From the human T2T-CHM13v2.0 reference genome, Homo sapiens: a stretch of 64,000 bases of DNA. The notes under the pieces are model-generated. The model was not told the origin of the DNA and did no database searches. It was given only the letters and a program-made list of their open reading frames with translations. Below are positions 36,491 through 49,065 of this stretch, piece by piece (position 1 is the stretch's first letter; each line of letters begins with the position of its first letter). The DNA is taken from assembly GCF_009914755.1 (NCBI RefSeq), contig NC_060925.1; one strand, 5' to 3'. A program made the translations under genes and the position numbers.

Positions 36491-39400
36491 CAGTGGTTTT
36501 CTGTCAAAGCCGAGTGTATAGCAGTGGCCTGGGAGCTCAGAGCGAGGGGAAACAGGCCCGGAATAAACGGGCTGTTGATTGACTCGAGTTACATCATTTT
36601 CTTCCCCTCCGGAGCCTATAAATCTCACGCTCCTTGTAAAAACAGAATTTAAAAACAATTGAGCCTCCTGGGCCCCTCAGTTCCAGCTCCAGCTCCTGGG
36701 CCTCGGGAATGAACCAGTGAGTGCACCCCGGCTGGGGCTCTCACTCTCCCTAAGACCCAGGACCCCCACCCACCCCCACTCTGAGGCCAGTGGCGGAGAG
36801 GCCACCACTGTCTCAGGAGCTTCGTCCCTGCACGTCCGGTCTCCTCCCAGACCTGCGGCACCCAGTGTGGTGTAGGCCAGTGCCTGGCAGCCTCCAGTCC
36901 ACAGGCCATGCTGGGGTCCTTAGAGCTGCTTCTCCCCCAGATGGCCACCCTTTAACGAGGCGCAGCGACCCGTCACCTAGAAATCCACATCCTTTGCTCC
37001 CTGCCCATCACTGTGCCTCTGCCACCAGCACCTCCTCAGTGCTCAGGACGCACCACCCTGTTCGTGCCCCAGGATGGGGACAGGGAGGGCAGTGGTGTCT
37101 TCTTTTCAGCAGGGGTTCATGGCCTTCTTACCTTTCTACCTTCTGGATGTGGTTCAGTGGACTGGGGCTCCCTGTGATCCGGCCTCTTCTAATCACGCTC
37201 TGGTCACTCTCTAGGCCCCAGTGCCCAGCAGGTCGATGTGGGTCCCTTTGGTCCTGGGCAGCCACCGGCTCTCTGGCCCGTGCTTCTGCGACACCCGAGC
37301 ACAGAGCAGCCCGTTTCATGTTGCCTTTGTGCCTGTCGCTAGTGTACTGTGTGCACTTGGTGCGGGAAGCCATACGCTATTGTCACCTTTTCAAACGGGG
37401 TTTCAAAAGGGTCTCAGGACTTAGCCCTTGGGAATGGCAGGATCCACCCCACCCGTACCCTCAGGTCTCACCGGTACAGGTGGGGGCAGCCACGAGGTGG
37501 GGCAGGACACAGCGTTGCCATCACCAAGACGACGGTGAGAGTCCGACCTCCTGGGCTTGGAACAGCTTGGACAAACACCAGAGCACTCAGCCTGCACCAC
37601 GTGGGGCGGGCGGCATTTGCAGTCTCACCTCCGCAGTGTGTGCCGCCAGAAGCGATGAGCGGAAGCTGTTCCAGGCGCCAACAGAAGCTGCCTGGCCCCT
37701 GCCTCAGGAAAGCGTCTTCCTCCCACAGCAGGCGTGGACGGCTCTCCTGGAAAGCCCAGGGAGGCCGGGGAGACAGCGGAGGGAGGAGGAAGTCCGTGAG
37801 GATCAGGGGCCCCGCCAGCTGCCGCCAGTGCCTGCTGGGTCCCAGGCCAGGGAACCCCCAGCTCCCGCCTGGAAACCCACGTGTGCAGTCATAAAAAGCA
37901 CCGACAAAGGCGAGGGCCGGTGCTGGGAGCGGCCGCACTTCCCCGCAGGCCTGGCTTCCTTTAATCCTGAGCAGTAAAAGCTGCAAGGTCTCACATCCCA
38001 GAACCTCATAACAAAGAGGGCTTTTCCCCGAGTATTTACAACTCCTGGCCGTGGCCTGTGACAATGTGACGGCTTATGTAATGATGTCAAAGAGGCCTGT
38101 TCAGCTTAGAGACCCCCCAGGGGCTCCCCCGGCTCTGCACGGGCCTCATCTCCTTACTCCACCAACATTGCGGGCAGCGGACGGGGCTGGTGAAGGGGTT
38201 GCTGCTGAGGCACCAGGAGAAGCTTCAACTTTGGGAAAAGGAAAGAAAGAGCTTGCAGGGGTGGGGGCTGCCACCCTCCCTCCGTCTGGGTTGGGAGGAG
38301 GATCTACCAGCAGCAGGGCCAGCCCCTCCTGGACACTCCTGCCAGCCAGAGGAGAGAGTCCTGGTGTAGCCTTGATGCCGCCAAGAGGGAGCATGGGGCC
38401 TCCAGGGGTCTCCGTCTCTCCCTCCGTCTCTCCCCAGCCACTCTACAAAGTGGGTGCGGAGCAGGACTCCCACAGTGGGGCCTGGGGCACTAGGAGCCCC
38501 AAGGAGGGGGCTCCGCCTGCAGGGTCGCCCCCAGCCTGCCGGGCTCACTCTCCTCCTCTCTGAGGCCACCTTTGCCACCCTGCCCCGCCTGCCAGTCCTG
38601 GCCATCTTGACAGGCCCTCAAAAGACTTCCTAAACCCTATAGCCACTCCCAGACAATCTCTCCACACTCCCCGCGATGCTCCTGGCTGGGCTCAGGGTCC
38701 TCGGACACAGACCTGGCAGCTCACTCGCTCATGCCCTCATTCCTGGCCAAAAGACTGTACCTGACATGAAGCCTCATTCACAGGGACGGAAGCCAGCAGG
38801 TTCCCCTGTGACAACATCCGAACAGCCGAGCGACCTGGCACCCTCCCTGGATGCTGGCCTCTGAACTGGATGCATGGCCCCCACCCAAGCACTGAGGCCC
38901 TGGCATGATCCTGCGGGCACAGGCAGGCTCCGACTCCATGGGGTCAGGATCTAAAGCACAGATGTCCCCCCTGATTCCGTCGTCACCCCCCCTTGATTCC
39001 GTCATCACCCCCCTACCTGCCCAGCCTTGGTTCTCAAACTCGGCGAGTGAGCAGATCAGCTGTGGGACTCGGCGGGTCGTGGGCAGCACATCTGACCCTC
39101 CCTTGTGCTGATGTGACACAGAACCCTGCCCTGGGCCAGAGTCCCTGAGGGTCCAGGCCAGCGGACGCCCCTGGTGGTGCTGGAGAAAATACTGATGTCC
39201 TGGGGGGAGGATGCACGCGAGGGGCTGAGCAGAGCTCTGGTCACCTGGTAGCGCACAGTTTCTGGCCCCTACATGTGGCCTCTGAACTCCGCCAACCACC
39301 TCTCCCCCAGCCCAGAGCTGGCTCAGCCTCTTCCAGGCCCCACTGCCTCTTTAATTACTGAAAATGCGTCCTTTGGAGGGGTGACCCCCAAACCCCCAGG

Positions 39401-39791
39401 TCCTTCTGAGGGACACAGGGAGTGTCCCCAAGGAAATCTCTCATGCCTGTGAGCTGCAGCCCCTCTTCTAATGAGCAGCCTGCCAGGGAGGAGTGACTTG
39501 GGTAAGCTGCTCAGCTGGGGTAGGTGGCCGGGCTCCCAGGAGGTGTTAGCCGGCCCCAGGGTACGCACAGCTGCAGAGAGCCAGCTCAGGCCTGAGCATC
39601 AGCTCTCTCTGGGAGATGAACGCAGGGGATGCCCTTCCTGGGAATGGACCGAGTCCTCGTGGCAGAGGCTGAGGGCTGGCCATGCCCCCAGAGTAGAGGC
39701 ACACACAAGTCCCACTAGATGGTCCCACCTGAAGCCCTGACCACTGGCCAGATGGGTGTCCCAGCAGGGGTGCCCTGGGCGGCTCTCAGGG

Positions 39792-40612
39792 ACTGTGTTT
39801 ATTTCCTGGAGCTGCTGTAACAAAGTACCAGAAACTAGGTGGCTTCAAACCACACACTGTGTGCTCTCACAGTTCTACAGACCCGAAGCCTGAGATCCAG
39901 GGGAGGTCAGGGTTGGCTCCTTCTGAGGCTCTGAGGGAGACTCTGTCCCCAGCCTCTCCAGGTCTGGTGTTGCTGGCCATCCTTGGCCCTCCTTGGACTT
40001 CCTTGGCGATTCTCAGTGATCCTCTACCATCCTTGGCGATCCTTGGCCATCCTTGGTCCTCTTTGGCCATCTTTGATGATCCTTGGCCCTCCTTGGCCTT
40101 CCTTAGCGGTTCTCAGTGAGCCATGACCATTCTTGGCCATCCTTGGCCCTCTTGGCCCTCTTGGCCCTCCTTGGCCATCCTCGACGATCCTTGGCCCTCC
40201 TTGGCCATCCTCGACCATCCTTGGCCCCCCTTGGCCATCCTCGACCATCCTTGGCCCTCCTTGGCCATCCTCGACCATCCTTGGCCCTCGTTGGCCATCC
40301 TCGACCATCCTTGGCCCTCGTTGGCCATCCTCGACCATCCTTGGCCCTCCTTGGCCATCCTCGACCATCCTTGGCCCTCCTTGGCCATTCTTGGCTTCTA
40401 GGCACATCACCTCCATCCCCGCCTCTGTCTTCACATGAGCACTTCCCTGTGTGTCTTCTTATAAAGACACCCTACTTCCTTGTTCAGAGCCCATCCTGAT
40501 TCCATGTGACCTTATGTCAATTAATTTGCATCTGCAAAGATGCTTTTTCCAGAAAAGATCACCTTTTAGGTTCTGTGAGGGCATGAATTTTAGGAGGAGC
40601 ATGATTCAGCTT
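39792..40612 (-). mobile_element. MLT1 (B/C-like) MaLR solo LTR, interrupted by a minisatellite
   Basis: GCTGCTGTAACAAAGTACCAGAAACTAGGTGGCTT...CTCACAGTTCT...CCTTCTGAGGCT; resumes TCTGTCTTCACATG...CATCTGCAAAGA...TTTCCAGAAAAGATCAC. Confidence 0.85.
39974..40397. repeat. Minisatellite, 10-bp subunit organised as a 30-bp unit
   Basis: CCTTGGCCCT-CCTTGGCCAT-CCTCGACCAT repeated, near-perfect over ~40170-40390. Confidence 0.95.
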
Positions 40613-41180
40613 GCTGCAGGGTCCATGGTCAGCCCTAGGAAGGGCTTGTGTTTGAGGATGCCAGACTTGGTGGGAGCTGACCCTGGAATCCGACCTGGCC
40701 TGGAGGTCAACCAAGGGTGATGGCAGAGGTGACCCATCCCCTCCCCTTTGGCACCTCAGGATGACCGCCCGCACCCAGCCCTATGCCCATTTTCATGAGT
40801 GCACCACCTCCCTGAGGGCTGATTAGAGGAGCGGGGAACAGGGCCTCCATCTGGAGGAAGGAGGTCTCGAAGCAGTGGCCACCACAGGCAGTGGCTTTCA
40901 GGCCTCTGGCAGTCGTCTCTCTGGAGCGTTCTGGCTCCCAAGCCCCCCACCAGCCGCCGCGTGGCCTGACAGCAGGGGGAGGCCGCTTTGTCTCAGGGTC
41001 AGGAACAGAGAAGGTGGGCTCCTGCCCCCACTGGGCCATGCTCAGCCTCACTAGGCACAATGTCTCCTCTGTCTCTGAGGGAAAATCCCTCTACAGGAAT
41101 CAGCTTTCAGGCCCCGCCTGGCTGTGAGGGCCCCCAGACGCCTGCCCTGGGAGGAGCCCACGCACAGGGCCTGGAGCGGG

Positions 41181-41400
41181 GCTGGGTGGACCTCAGACCC
41201 TGAACACCTCTGGGAGCTCCTCGGTCAGCCCAGCCTGCAGGCAAGGCGAGGAGGCCCCAGGCTCTTCAAAACTAACATTGGGAAGTGGAAACACTTTTTG
41301 TGTCTGAGACTGCATCTTTTTTTATTCTGAATTGTCACTTGGCAGGGCACCCCCTCAAGACCTTCTCTGGTGGCCTTTTAAGACTCTGGAGACAAAATAG
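41181..41400 (+). repeat. Copy 1 of a diverged ~220-bp dispersed direct repeat
   Basis: Collinear with 44383-44593 (GCTGGGTGG.CCTCAGACCC; GGAGGCCCC; CTTTTTGTGTCT; AATTGTCACTTGGCA; CCTTCTCTGGTGGCCTT; GACAAAATA). Confidence 0.85.
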
Positions 41401-42408
41401 CCCAAATCCAGGTGTGGCCGCCCCATGCAGAACTCTGCCTGTGAGGTCTTTGCTGGAGGAGGCGGCACCACAGGCCGGCTGGAGAGGCTGTTTCCAAGGA
41501 GAAGCCTGGAGCTCTGCAGCAGCCCTCGGGGGGTCCTGCCCCCTCTGCCTCCCTTAGATGTGGACACCCAGTCCCAACAGCCCCTCAGCCCCCGCCCTGC
41601 CCTCCCAGGCCCACCCAGAGGCGTTGTCTTTCAACGCTCATCCCACGGTCAGGACCAACAACGGCGGCGGCCCCGGGCAGGGATTCTGTTGCCCGGCAGA
41701 AAGTTATTTGACCCCAGCACTGATCTGGTTACTGATGCAGAGCGTATCAGCCGCTGCACATGGCTGCCGCCCATGACATCTGGGCCAGAAGCTGAGCCTT
41801 TTCTTGGAGGCGGAGGTTACAGTGGCAGGGATGGGCACAGTGGATGATGGCGTGCGGGTACTAGAGGGGATGCCAAGGCCCACTCAAAGCGCCACCACTG
41901 CACTTGGCCCCCACCCACCTGCAGGGGAGACCTCAAGAGATTCACAGTAACCCCACATGGGGGTCCCAGAGCCTCAGGAGGCCCCTCGCCTGCCCCCCAG
42001 CACTGGCTGATGCTGGCAGTGCCCTGGGAAGCCAAGGCCACTGTTACCCCCATTCCACAGATGGGGTTCAGCGGCCCAGAGTGTGTGACCTCACCCACAG
42101 CACAGAAATACAAGTTCACACAAGCAAACAAGTTGGAAAATGCTGGGTTTTCTCAGAGACCCCTTGGGAAAAGGAGCAGGAGTCTCTGGGGACCGGAATC
42201 CCCCACAGGAGGGAAGACCTGGGGGACTCGGGCTGGGGCCTCCAGGAAGCTGGATGTGCTAGGCGTTGGGGTCCCAGAGGCGAGGCCCCTGCCGGGCCAA
42301 GTGGGGAACTAGCCAGGCCTGCGAGAAGCTCCAAGATGCCCCCTGTCCCCAGGCACCACAGCCCTGTCCACACCCCCAGCTGTTGTGACTGAGGGACTTG
42401 TTCCCTGG

Positions 42409-42547
42409 TCAGGTTTCTTAATCTTGAAACTGCTGACATTTGTGGTCAGATAATTCTGTTGTGGGGAGCTGTTCTGTGCAGTGGGGGGTGCTCACAACAT
42501 CTCTGCCTCTGCCCAGTAGACAACAGTGACAACCAGAGCTATCTCCT
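42409..42547 (-). mobile_element. MER20 hAT-Charlie DNA transposon fragment
   Basis: TGACATTTGTGGTCAGATAATTCTGTTGTGGGGAGCTGTTCTGTGCA...GTGACAACCA. Confidence 0.75.
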
Positions 42548-44382
42548 TGGTCGTGGGCCAGGGGCTTTGATGACAGGGCCCTGCCTGTGTCAGCCTTCCT
42601 GGGGGAGGTCTAGCAGCATGCGCGGAGCTTTCGTCACTCGCCTGGCAGCCGGGGCTCTTAGGAAAGCAGGTGGGAAGCAGGCGGAGACCCTGTGGGTTCA
42701 AAGGGCACGGGGCCCTGTGCTGCCAGCCGAGGGGTCCTGTCTGGGCTGCTGCAGTGGATGCGGCTCCCATCAGAGGGTACAGCTGTCTCCCCTAGAACAG
42801 AGGCCTGAACAGATGCTTTCGGGCCAGGAGTCTGTTTTATCAGACCCAGGAAGGAGACCCCCCAGGGCTCCAGAGACTTGGCTCGGGCATCAGTGCCTGG
42901 TGAGGACTCTGGCACATGGAGCAGCTCACGCAGCTCATACGCAGAATCTGCAGCCAGGTGGGGGCTTGGGTTTGGGCCATTGTCCGACCCTCTGCGCCTC
43001 CATTTCCTACGTAAAAGGTGAGACACAGAAGCCAATGCCCACGCCCTGGACCCCCCGTTCAGATTCAGTGAGACCGTGAAGCCCAGCATCCACAGGGGCC
43101 TGCCGGGGGAGGGCACCAATGCTGGCGGGTAGGGAACTCCCCAGCCCCTCCCAGGCCAGAGGAGAACAGGGGCCCAGCCAGACCCTTTCCCCCCAGGCGA
43201 GGAATGGGCGCCTTCTCCCTGGGCCCCTCCTAGGAAACTTGTGGCCCCTGGACCCCTCTTCCACTCACCACCTCTGCCCCCAAGGGCCTCCCAAACTGCC
43301 CAGGGAAGGCACCAACCACATCCTGTCCCAGCAGTTGTAGGTAGGAAGCAGCACTGACCAGCAGCCTTGGGCCAGGCACAGCTGCCCAGCGGGCATGGTG
43401 GTGTTCGTGGTGGCGTTCCAGATGGTGCTAGGGCAGGAGGCAGAAATGCTTGGAGTTGGGGGGCTGGGGGCCTTTCCTCCCACTTCTTCATCTGAGGGGT
43501 CAAGCATCCGGGTAGGACCCCTCCAACCCACCACCCCCCACCCCTTCCCGACTGTGTCTCGCTATCCAGTTTTGCAGGAATGGAATTAATGGGATCCCCG
43601 GACAGAGCCAGGAGGGAGAGGCCCAAGCTGTCTCCCAGGCTGTAGTGTCGGGGGCCGAGGGGTTTGCAGCAACACTTAGTAACTTAACAGGAGGACCGTG
43701 GGGCACACTCTCTAGAGGCGTCCTGACCTCATCATCATCACAGGAAAACCAGGCAGAGGAAGGGGCTATGGGCTCACAAGGAGCTGGCCCCACAGGTGCC
43801 AGAGCCCTCCAGCCCAGGGCGAGCCTTCACACCCCTCTCTTCCAGCTGCCTGGCCCAATGAGTTGAGTGTGATTCTGGCTGTGGGAAGAAAAACATTCAC
43901 AGGAGAGTGGGCAGGGGCACCCCAGGCCGTGCGGCTTCTGGAGAGAGGGGCACGCCTGGGAGAGGCCCCCACTGCCACCCACTGGTTATGGTGGGCTGTG
44001 TTCTCCGGCCTCCCATGCAGTCCCTGCCTTACCCACAGGTGCCCATGGCTGAGCTTGTGTTGGGCTGAGCCGAGTCCCGCCAGCTGGGAAGAAGTGCACC
44101 CAGGAGGTGGGTCAGGGGAAAGGACAGTTGTCTCTGGAAGGAGGCTTGGAGATCACTGTCCCTTTAAGAATGCAGGTCCTCTGCCAGGGCTCTGATTGCG
44201 ATCACAAGTGATGATGGCAGAGTCTGCCCAGAGAACAGCAGCAGAGCCCTCCGCCAAGAGGGGTTAAGGATGCCTTTGAGACTTCTGGTCACCCACTTCA
44301 CCTTGGGCTTGTCAAATCAAATGGTGGAGTTTAACTCTCGCCTGGCCAGAGCCGAGCAGCAAAGCTAGAGGCGGGGAATGAG

Positions 44383-44593
44383 GCTGGGTGGGCCTCAGAC
44401 CCAAACACTTCTGAGAGCTCAGCAGGGAGGCCCTGGCTGGCAGACAGAGCAGGAGGCCCCGGACTCTTCAGAAACTGAAATTGGAAATTGGAGATGCTTT
44501 TTGTGTCTAAGTCTTCATCCTTTAATTGTCACTTGGCAAGGCGTCCGCTCAAGGCCTTCTCTGGTGGCCTTGTAAGAATGCAGGGACAAAATA
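44383..44593 (+). repeat. Copy 2 of the diverged ~220-bp dispersed direct repeat
   Basis: See 41181-41400; offset about 3.2 kb. Confidence 0.85.
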
Positions 44594-45539
44594 ATGCCAA
44601 TGACAGTGGCCCTGAACAGAGAGCAGAGGCCTCACATAGCGCCCATTCTCTTCTGCTCTTCTTCCCATCTGCCCCTCGCTCCCTAGGCATCCCCACCACA
44701 TCCCCTCTCAGCTCAGCGGGGGCTGCCTGGCTGCTGCCTCAGCAGGGGCCACTTTTCTAATCCTGGGGTCTCAGACACACCCTTGTGCCTCCACCTCAAA
44801 TCCCAAGGCAATATCTGCCCCACAGCCTCAGGACCCACTTGCCAGTCCAATGGCAGAACAAACAGCCCAGAGAGGTTGTTGGGGAGGGTGGGTTTTTGAG
44901 AAGCTCTTGCAGTCATCACGACAGAGCCTCCTAAGCGAGGGCGAGTCAGACCCCAGAAACCTTGGATCTCTGGCCGAGTGGAGGTGCCCCTGGCTCATAC
45001 AGGCCCGAGCTGCCCTCAGGGCCCTCCTCCCTCTGCCTCCAGCCAGAGACTTTCTCACCTGCTGCTCTGGGGCAGAAATCGGAGCCACCTGGAGTGTGCC
45101 TGCCAGGGTCAGGGGGTGAGGAGATAAGGGCCTGGCTTTCAGCTCACAGGAAGTGGGCCTGAATGCGGAGAATAGCAGCAATTCCATCTGATAAGGCCCC
45201 GCTAAACCCCACATTGACAGGCCCCACCGCCCACCCGGGCTCCAGGGGCCAAGGGAGGGGCCGCCAGCCCACTCAGCCCTGCAAGCTGCTCCTGCCCTTC
45301 GGCCTGGGAGGGGGCCTTCCTCTGCCCTGGCCTCCATACCTCCAGCACTTGGGTGGGCTTTGATCACCTGTGGATTGCAGGGGGGAAGCTGCGCAACTTC
45401 TCCACTGCCCCTTCCCCCTGCCAGCCTGGGGGGGGCGCATCCTGGGAGTCTGGAGAAAGGCAGCCCCCCCCCGGCACACTTGGAGGTGGGGGGCATTCCT
45501 AGCAACCCCCTTCATCCCCGAGTCCATTGATGAATGGAC

Positions 45540-45650
45540 CCTCTCTGCAGAGAACACAGCCCACCAGGGAATCCCCCAGATCAGGACCCCAGGTACAGAG
45601 GGGTTCAAAGCACGTTTGTTGAATGAATGAATGAATGAATGAACAGATGA
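45540..45650 (+). mobile_element. L2 3' end with (GAAT)n tail
   Basis: TTTGTTGAATGAATGAATGAATGAATGAA. Confidence 0.6.
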
Positions 45651-46384
45651 GCGAATAGCCCAGGCTCCACTTCCAGGCTGAGTAACTACTACAAAGGGAC
45701 ACGCATGGGACGGGGGCTGCCAGGAGGGACTTCTCTGAGCCTCGTTCTTCAAGGAGCCAGATCCCGGAAAGGAAACACATTCGTCCAAATCCTCTAATTT
45801 GCTGCCCAGAGGAATCCTGGTGCCCAGGGCCGCTGACAGCCCCTTCTGTGGGAATGGGCAGAGAACAGCCTTCCTCCCCGTTGCCTGGCACCCGGACCCA
45901 GGGCTCCTGGGCTGCGTCCTGGGCTCACCGTGGCTCTGCTGTGGGTTAAGCAACCCCTTGTTAGTAGGCTCCCCGCTCGGGTGGAATGGCTGTGAGCTGT
46001 GGCCCGGCCCCGTCTGTGGCCAGATCTGCACACAGCCCCGGGGGGCCTCAGGGACTCCGGGCTCATGACACAGACATCTCCACCTCTCAGGATGAGGGAG
46101 GGTCACCTCTCTGCCCAGGCAGTGGCTCTATCATGCCCCTAAAACCTAGACTCTGGCCCTGGGACTGGGTGTGCATTCCTGAACAGGGGACGGGCTTGGA
46201 GGTCCCACCCTGCCAGGCTCCCTGCTCCGAAGCACCCGTGGGTCCCCCACCTCTGTCTGGCCAAGCCCCCGACCCTCCTGCCATGGCCTTCAGCCCCATT
46301 TTCAGGCTCCGCATCTCCCACTTTCCTGACAATGCGCTCACCTCTTTCCAGGCTGGCCTGATATGGGAGGTGCGTGCACTGGGA

Positions 46385-46545
46385 AGTGGTAATGAGATTC
46401 TGCCACGCGCTGTGTACTCGCTTCCGAGAAAATCATCTATTAATTGATTCCAATTACTCTTAATTGTTTCTCATACGTTTCAATTAGGCAGCCCTGTTGT
46501 TACAGCGGGAGCTGGATTAGGCGAGTAATCCCCAGGCCTCTAATG
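46385..46545. promoter_or_regulatory. Candidate homeodomain-bound enhancer
   Basis: Clustered TAATTG/CAATTA plus inverted GGATTA-N6-TAATCC at 46514-46531. Confidence 0.45.
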
Positions 46546-46721
46546 TCGGGGTGGTGTGGGCAGTGGGGGGCTCGGGGCTGGGGGAGGCCGTGGGGCGGCT
46601 AGGGAGCGGTGGGGGGGCGTGGCCTGGCCCCCCCTCGGTTCGGTTTGGTTTATTTTGTTTTGGGGGCTTTATGGGCTGTTGTTTTTTTCCATTCTAGATC
46701 GGTCTTATGCTTCAAGGGTTG

Positions 46722-47295
46722 ATTTTTTTTTTATTGTGGCAAAATACATATAAGATAAATTTCTAATTTTAACCATTTTAAGGCGTGTCATTCGGTGACA
46801 TTTAGCACATCTGCATTGTTGTGCAAACACCACTTCTGCCGACTTCCGAGAGGCTTTCACCACCCCAGGAGAAACTGCGCCCCAGCAGCACTCACTCCCC
46901 ACCGCCCGTCCCCCCAGGCCCTGACTGCACCCCAGCAGCACTCATTCTCCTCCGCCCATCCCCCCAGGCCCTGGCAACTGCTGACCCATCCCTGTTCGGC
47001 CTCTGGATTTGTCCTCTCCATGGAATTCTATGATCTGTGTCCTTTGGTGCCTGGCTTCTCTCACTACGCATCTGTGTTCAAGGTTCTTCCTCACTGTAGC
47101 GTGGGCCAGTGCCTCACTCCTTTTCTTGGCTAATATTCTGCTGCAGACTCCTCTGCTGGTGGACATGAGTTCTTTCCACCTCTTGGCGATTTTGGACAGT
47201 GCTGCTATGAACATGAGTGTGCCTGTTTTTGTCTGAACACTGCTTTCAGCTCTCTTGGGTCTATATCTAGGCGTGGGATTGCAGGTCACACGGCC
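46722..47295 (-). mobile_element. Old L1 (L1MA/L1MB-like) 3' end fragment
   Basis: TTTTTATTGTGGCAAAATACATATAA...TTAACCATTTTAAG; GTGCTGCTATGAACATGAGTGTG; ~50-bp internal tandem duplication at ~46875-46975. Confidence 0.85.
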
Positions 47296-47817
47296 TTACT
47301 CCTCAGCTTACAGTGGCAGAGTCCAGGCAGCAAGGTGGTGGGGAGGAGAGCCAGGTGTCCTGGAGAGGTGGGTGCCTGTCCCTCTGCATCAGACACAGGG
47401 AGGCCCTCGTGGGGGTGAAGGAGGCTGGAGCAGAGGAGGCAGGAGTAGCAGAGACCCCCTTGGCGTGGCAGGGGTCTGGCTCAGAAAGCACAGGGCCTTG
47501 TGTGCTGGAGAAGGGGCCACTTCCCACAACGGGGAGGCTGAGCAGGGCCAGTGCTTTGGCCTGGCTGCAGGATCTCAGAATCTTGGGGCTGCATCTGACC
47601 CTAGGAGTCTGGAAACCGGACTCCAAAACGTGCCCTAGCTTTCCAGCTCATGTGGAGATGCAGGAAAAGGGGCTTCAGACCTAGAGCAGCACGGTGAGGG
47701 AGGAAAGATCTGCCCCTTTGATGAGCACAGACGTCTCTCCTCCAAAAAGCCTTCCTCCGAAGGCATCTAGAACCTTCTCTTGGCCAAGAGCCATCGCGGC
47801 TAAGGTCACAGATGTGG

Positions 47818-48216
47818 TGGTGGGGTTTGGATGTGCGTCCCCTCCAAATCTCATGTTGAAGTGTGATGCCTGATTTTGGAGGTGGAGCTTGGCAGGAGGC
47901 GAGTAGATCATGGATCATGGAAGGTTTGGCTCCATCCCCTTGGTGATGAGTGAGTCCCCCCTCGGTTAGCTCATGCGAGATCTGCTTTAAAAGAGTCTAG
48001 GACCTCCCCAGCCTCTCCCTCTTGCCCGCTCTATCACATGTCACACGCAGGCTCCCCTCCCCTTCTGCCATGAGTAAAAGCTCCCTGAGGCCTCCCCTGA
48101 GCTGAGCTGATGCTGGTGCCATGCTTATACAGCCTGCAGGACCACGAGCCAATGAAACCTCTTTTCTTTACCCAGCCTCAGGTGTTTCTTTGAAGTAATG
48201 CAAAACGGCATAACAC
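47818..48216 (+). mobile_element. MST-type (MSTB-like) MaLR solo LTR
   Basis: GGTTTGGATGTGCGTCCCCTCCAAATCTCATGTTGAA...GATGCTGGTGCCATGCTT..ACAGCCTGCAG...AAACCTCTTTTCTTTA..CCCAGCCTCAGGT...AACACA. Confidence 0.88.
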
Positions 48217-48969
48217 ACGTAAAGTGCAGCTGACCTGGCACAGGATTTATTTACCAGCAGCGTGAGCCAGGGCACAGCCTGTGATTCCCTGGGCAGCTGC
48301 TTCCTCAGCTGCCAAACGGAGACAGGCTCACAAAATAACCCAAACCCCGAGGACGAGTGTTTACCAGGCCTTGAGCTTTCAGGAAAGAGGGAAGACAGAG
48401 CAGGCACAGAAGCTTCCAGACGATGAACTGCAGCCTGGCCCAGCCCAGCCAGGGATTGCCGGGGTTGGATGTAGGGGTTGCCACAGGTCCCACCACGTCA
48501 GGGACTTCCATCAGGAAGGGCACAAAGGCCAGGGGGAGATGGCGAGTCCAATGAGTATGCCCATAACCCACCCCCCCACATTCTCTGAAGAGAGCCCCAG
48601 ATGTCACTAGGGTCATTTCTGAAGTGAAGCATGGCTGAGGACCAGGTCCTCAAATTCTGGCTCCCACAGGGTCTCTGAGGTTCCTGGCTGGCCGCCATCA
48701 ACTCCTCTTGTGGGGAGGAAAGCGGGACAGGGAACCAGCCCTTGACACCTACAATGGCCACAATGCCTGCCTTGCAGAGGCTGTGCCCAGTGGAGGAGAC
48801 CAGCCCAGCCCAGGGCTTCCTAGAGACCACGGGGCTCTGCTCCACAAAGCCACCACTGTGGCCTCCACCACCTCCAGGTTCACCCACGTCCTTCTCACGG
48901 ATCTCAGCTCTGCCCATCAATCATCATCGCCAAGTGCTCGCTGGGAACAGAGCAAACGAACACTCACCC

Positions 48970-49065
48970 TCACTCAGCTCATTTCACTCCAACAGCCATC
49001 CTGCACTGCAGGCATTTTTAATCCACTTTATAGATGAGGAAACAAGGCCCCTGAGGTCGCCAACT
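48970..49065 (-). mobile_element. MIR fragment
   Basis: CCACTTTATAGATGAGGAAACAAGGC. Confidence 0.6.

Noticed and set aside
35113-36658. 464-aa and 340-aa His/Thr-rich ORFs (likewise at 50-52 kb and 25 kb)
   Set aside because: Translations of (CA/TG)n low-complexity tracts
36790-37977. 395-aa ORF
   Set aside because: Non-ATG start, composition typical of GC-rich non-coding DNA, overlapping ORFs on both strands, no recognisable domain
40024-40499. Repeat-peptide ORFs (PRMVEDGQGG)n
   Set aside because: Product of the 30-bp minisatellite inside the MLT1 LTR
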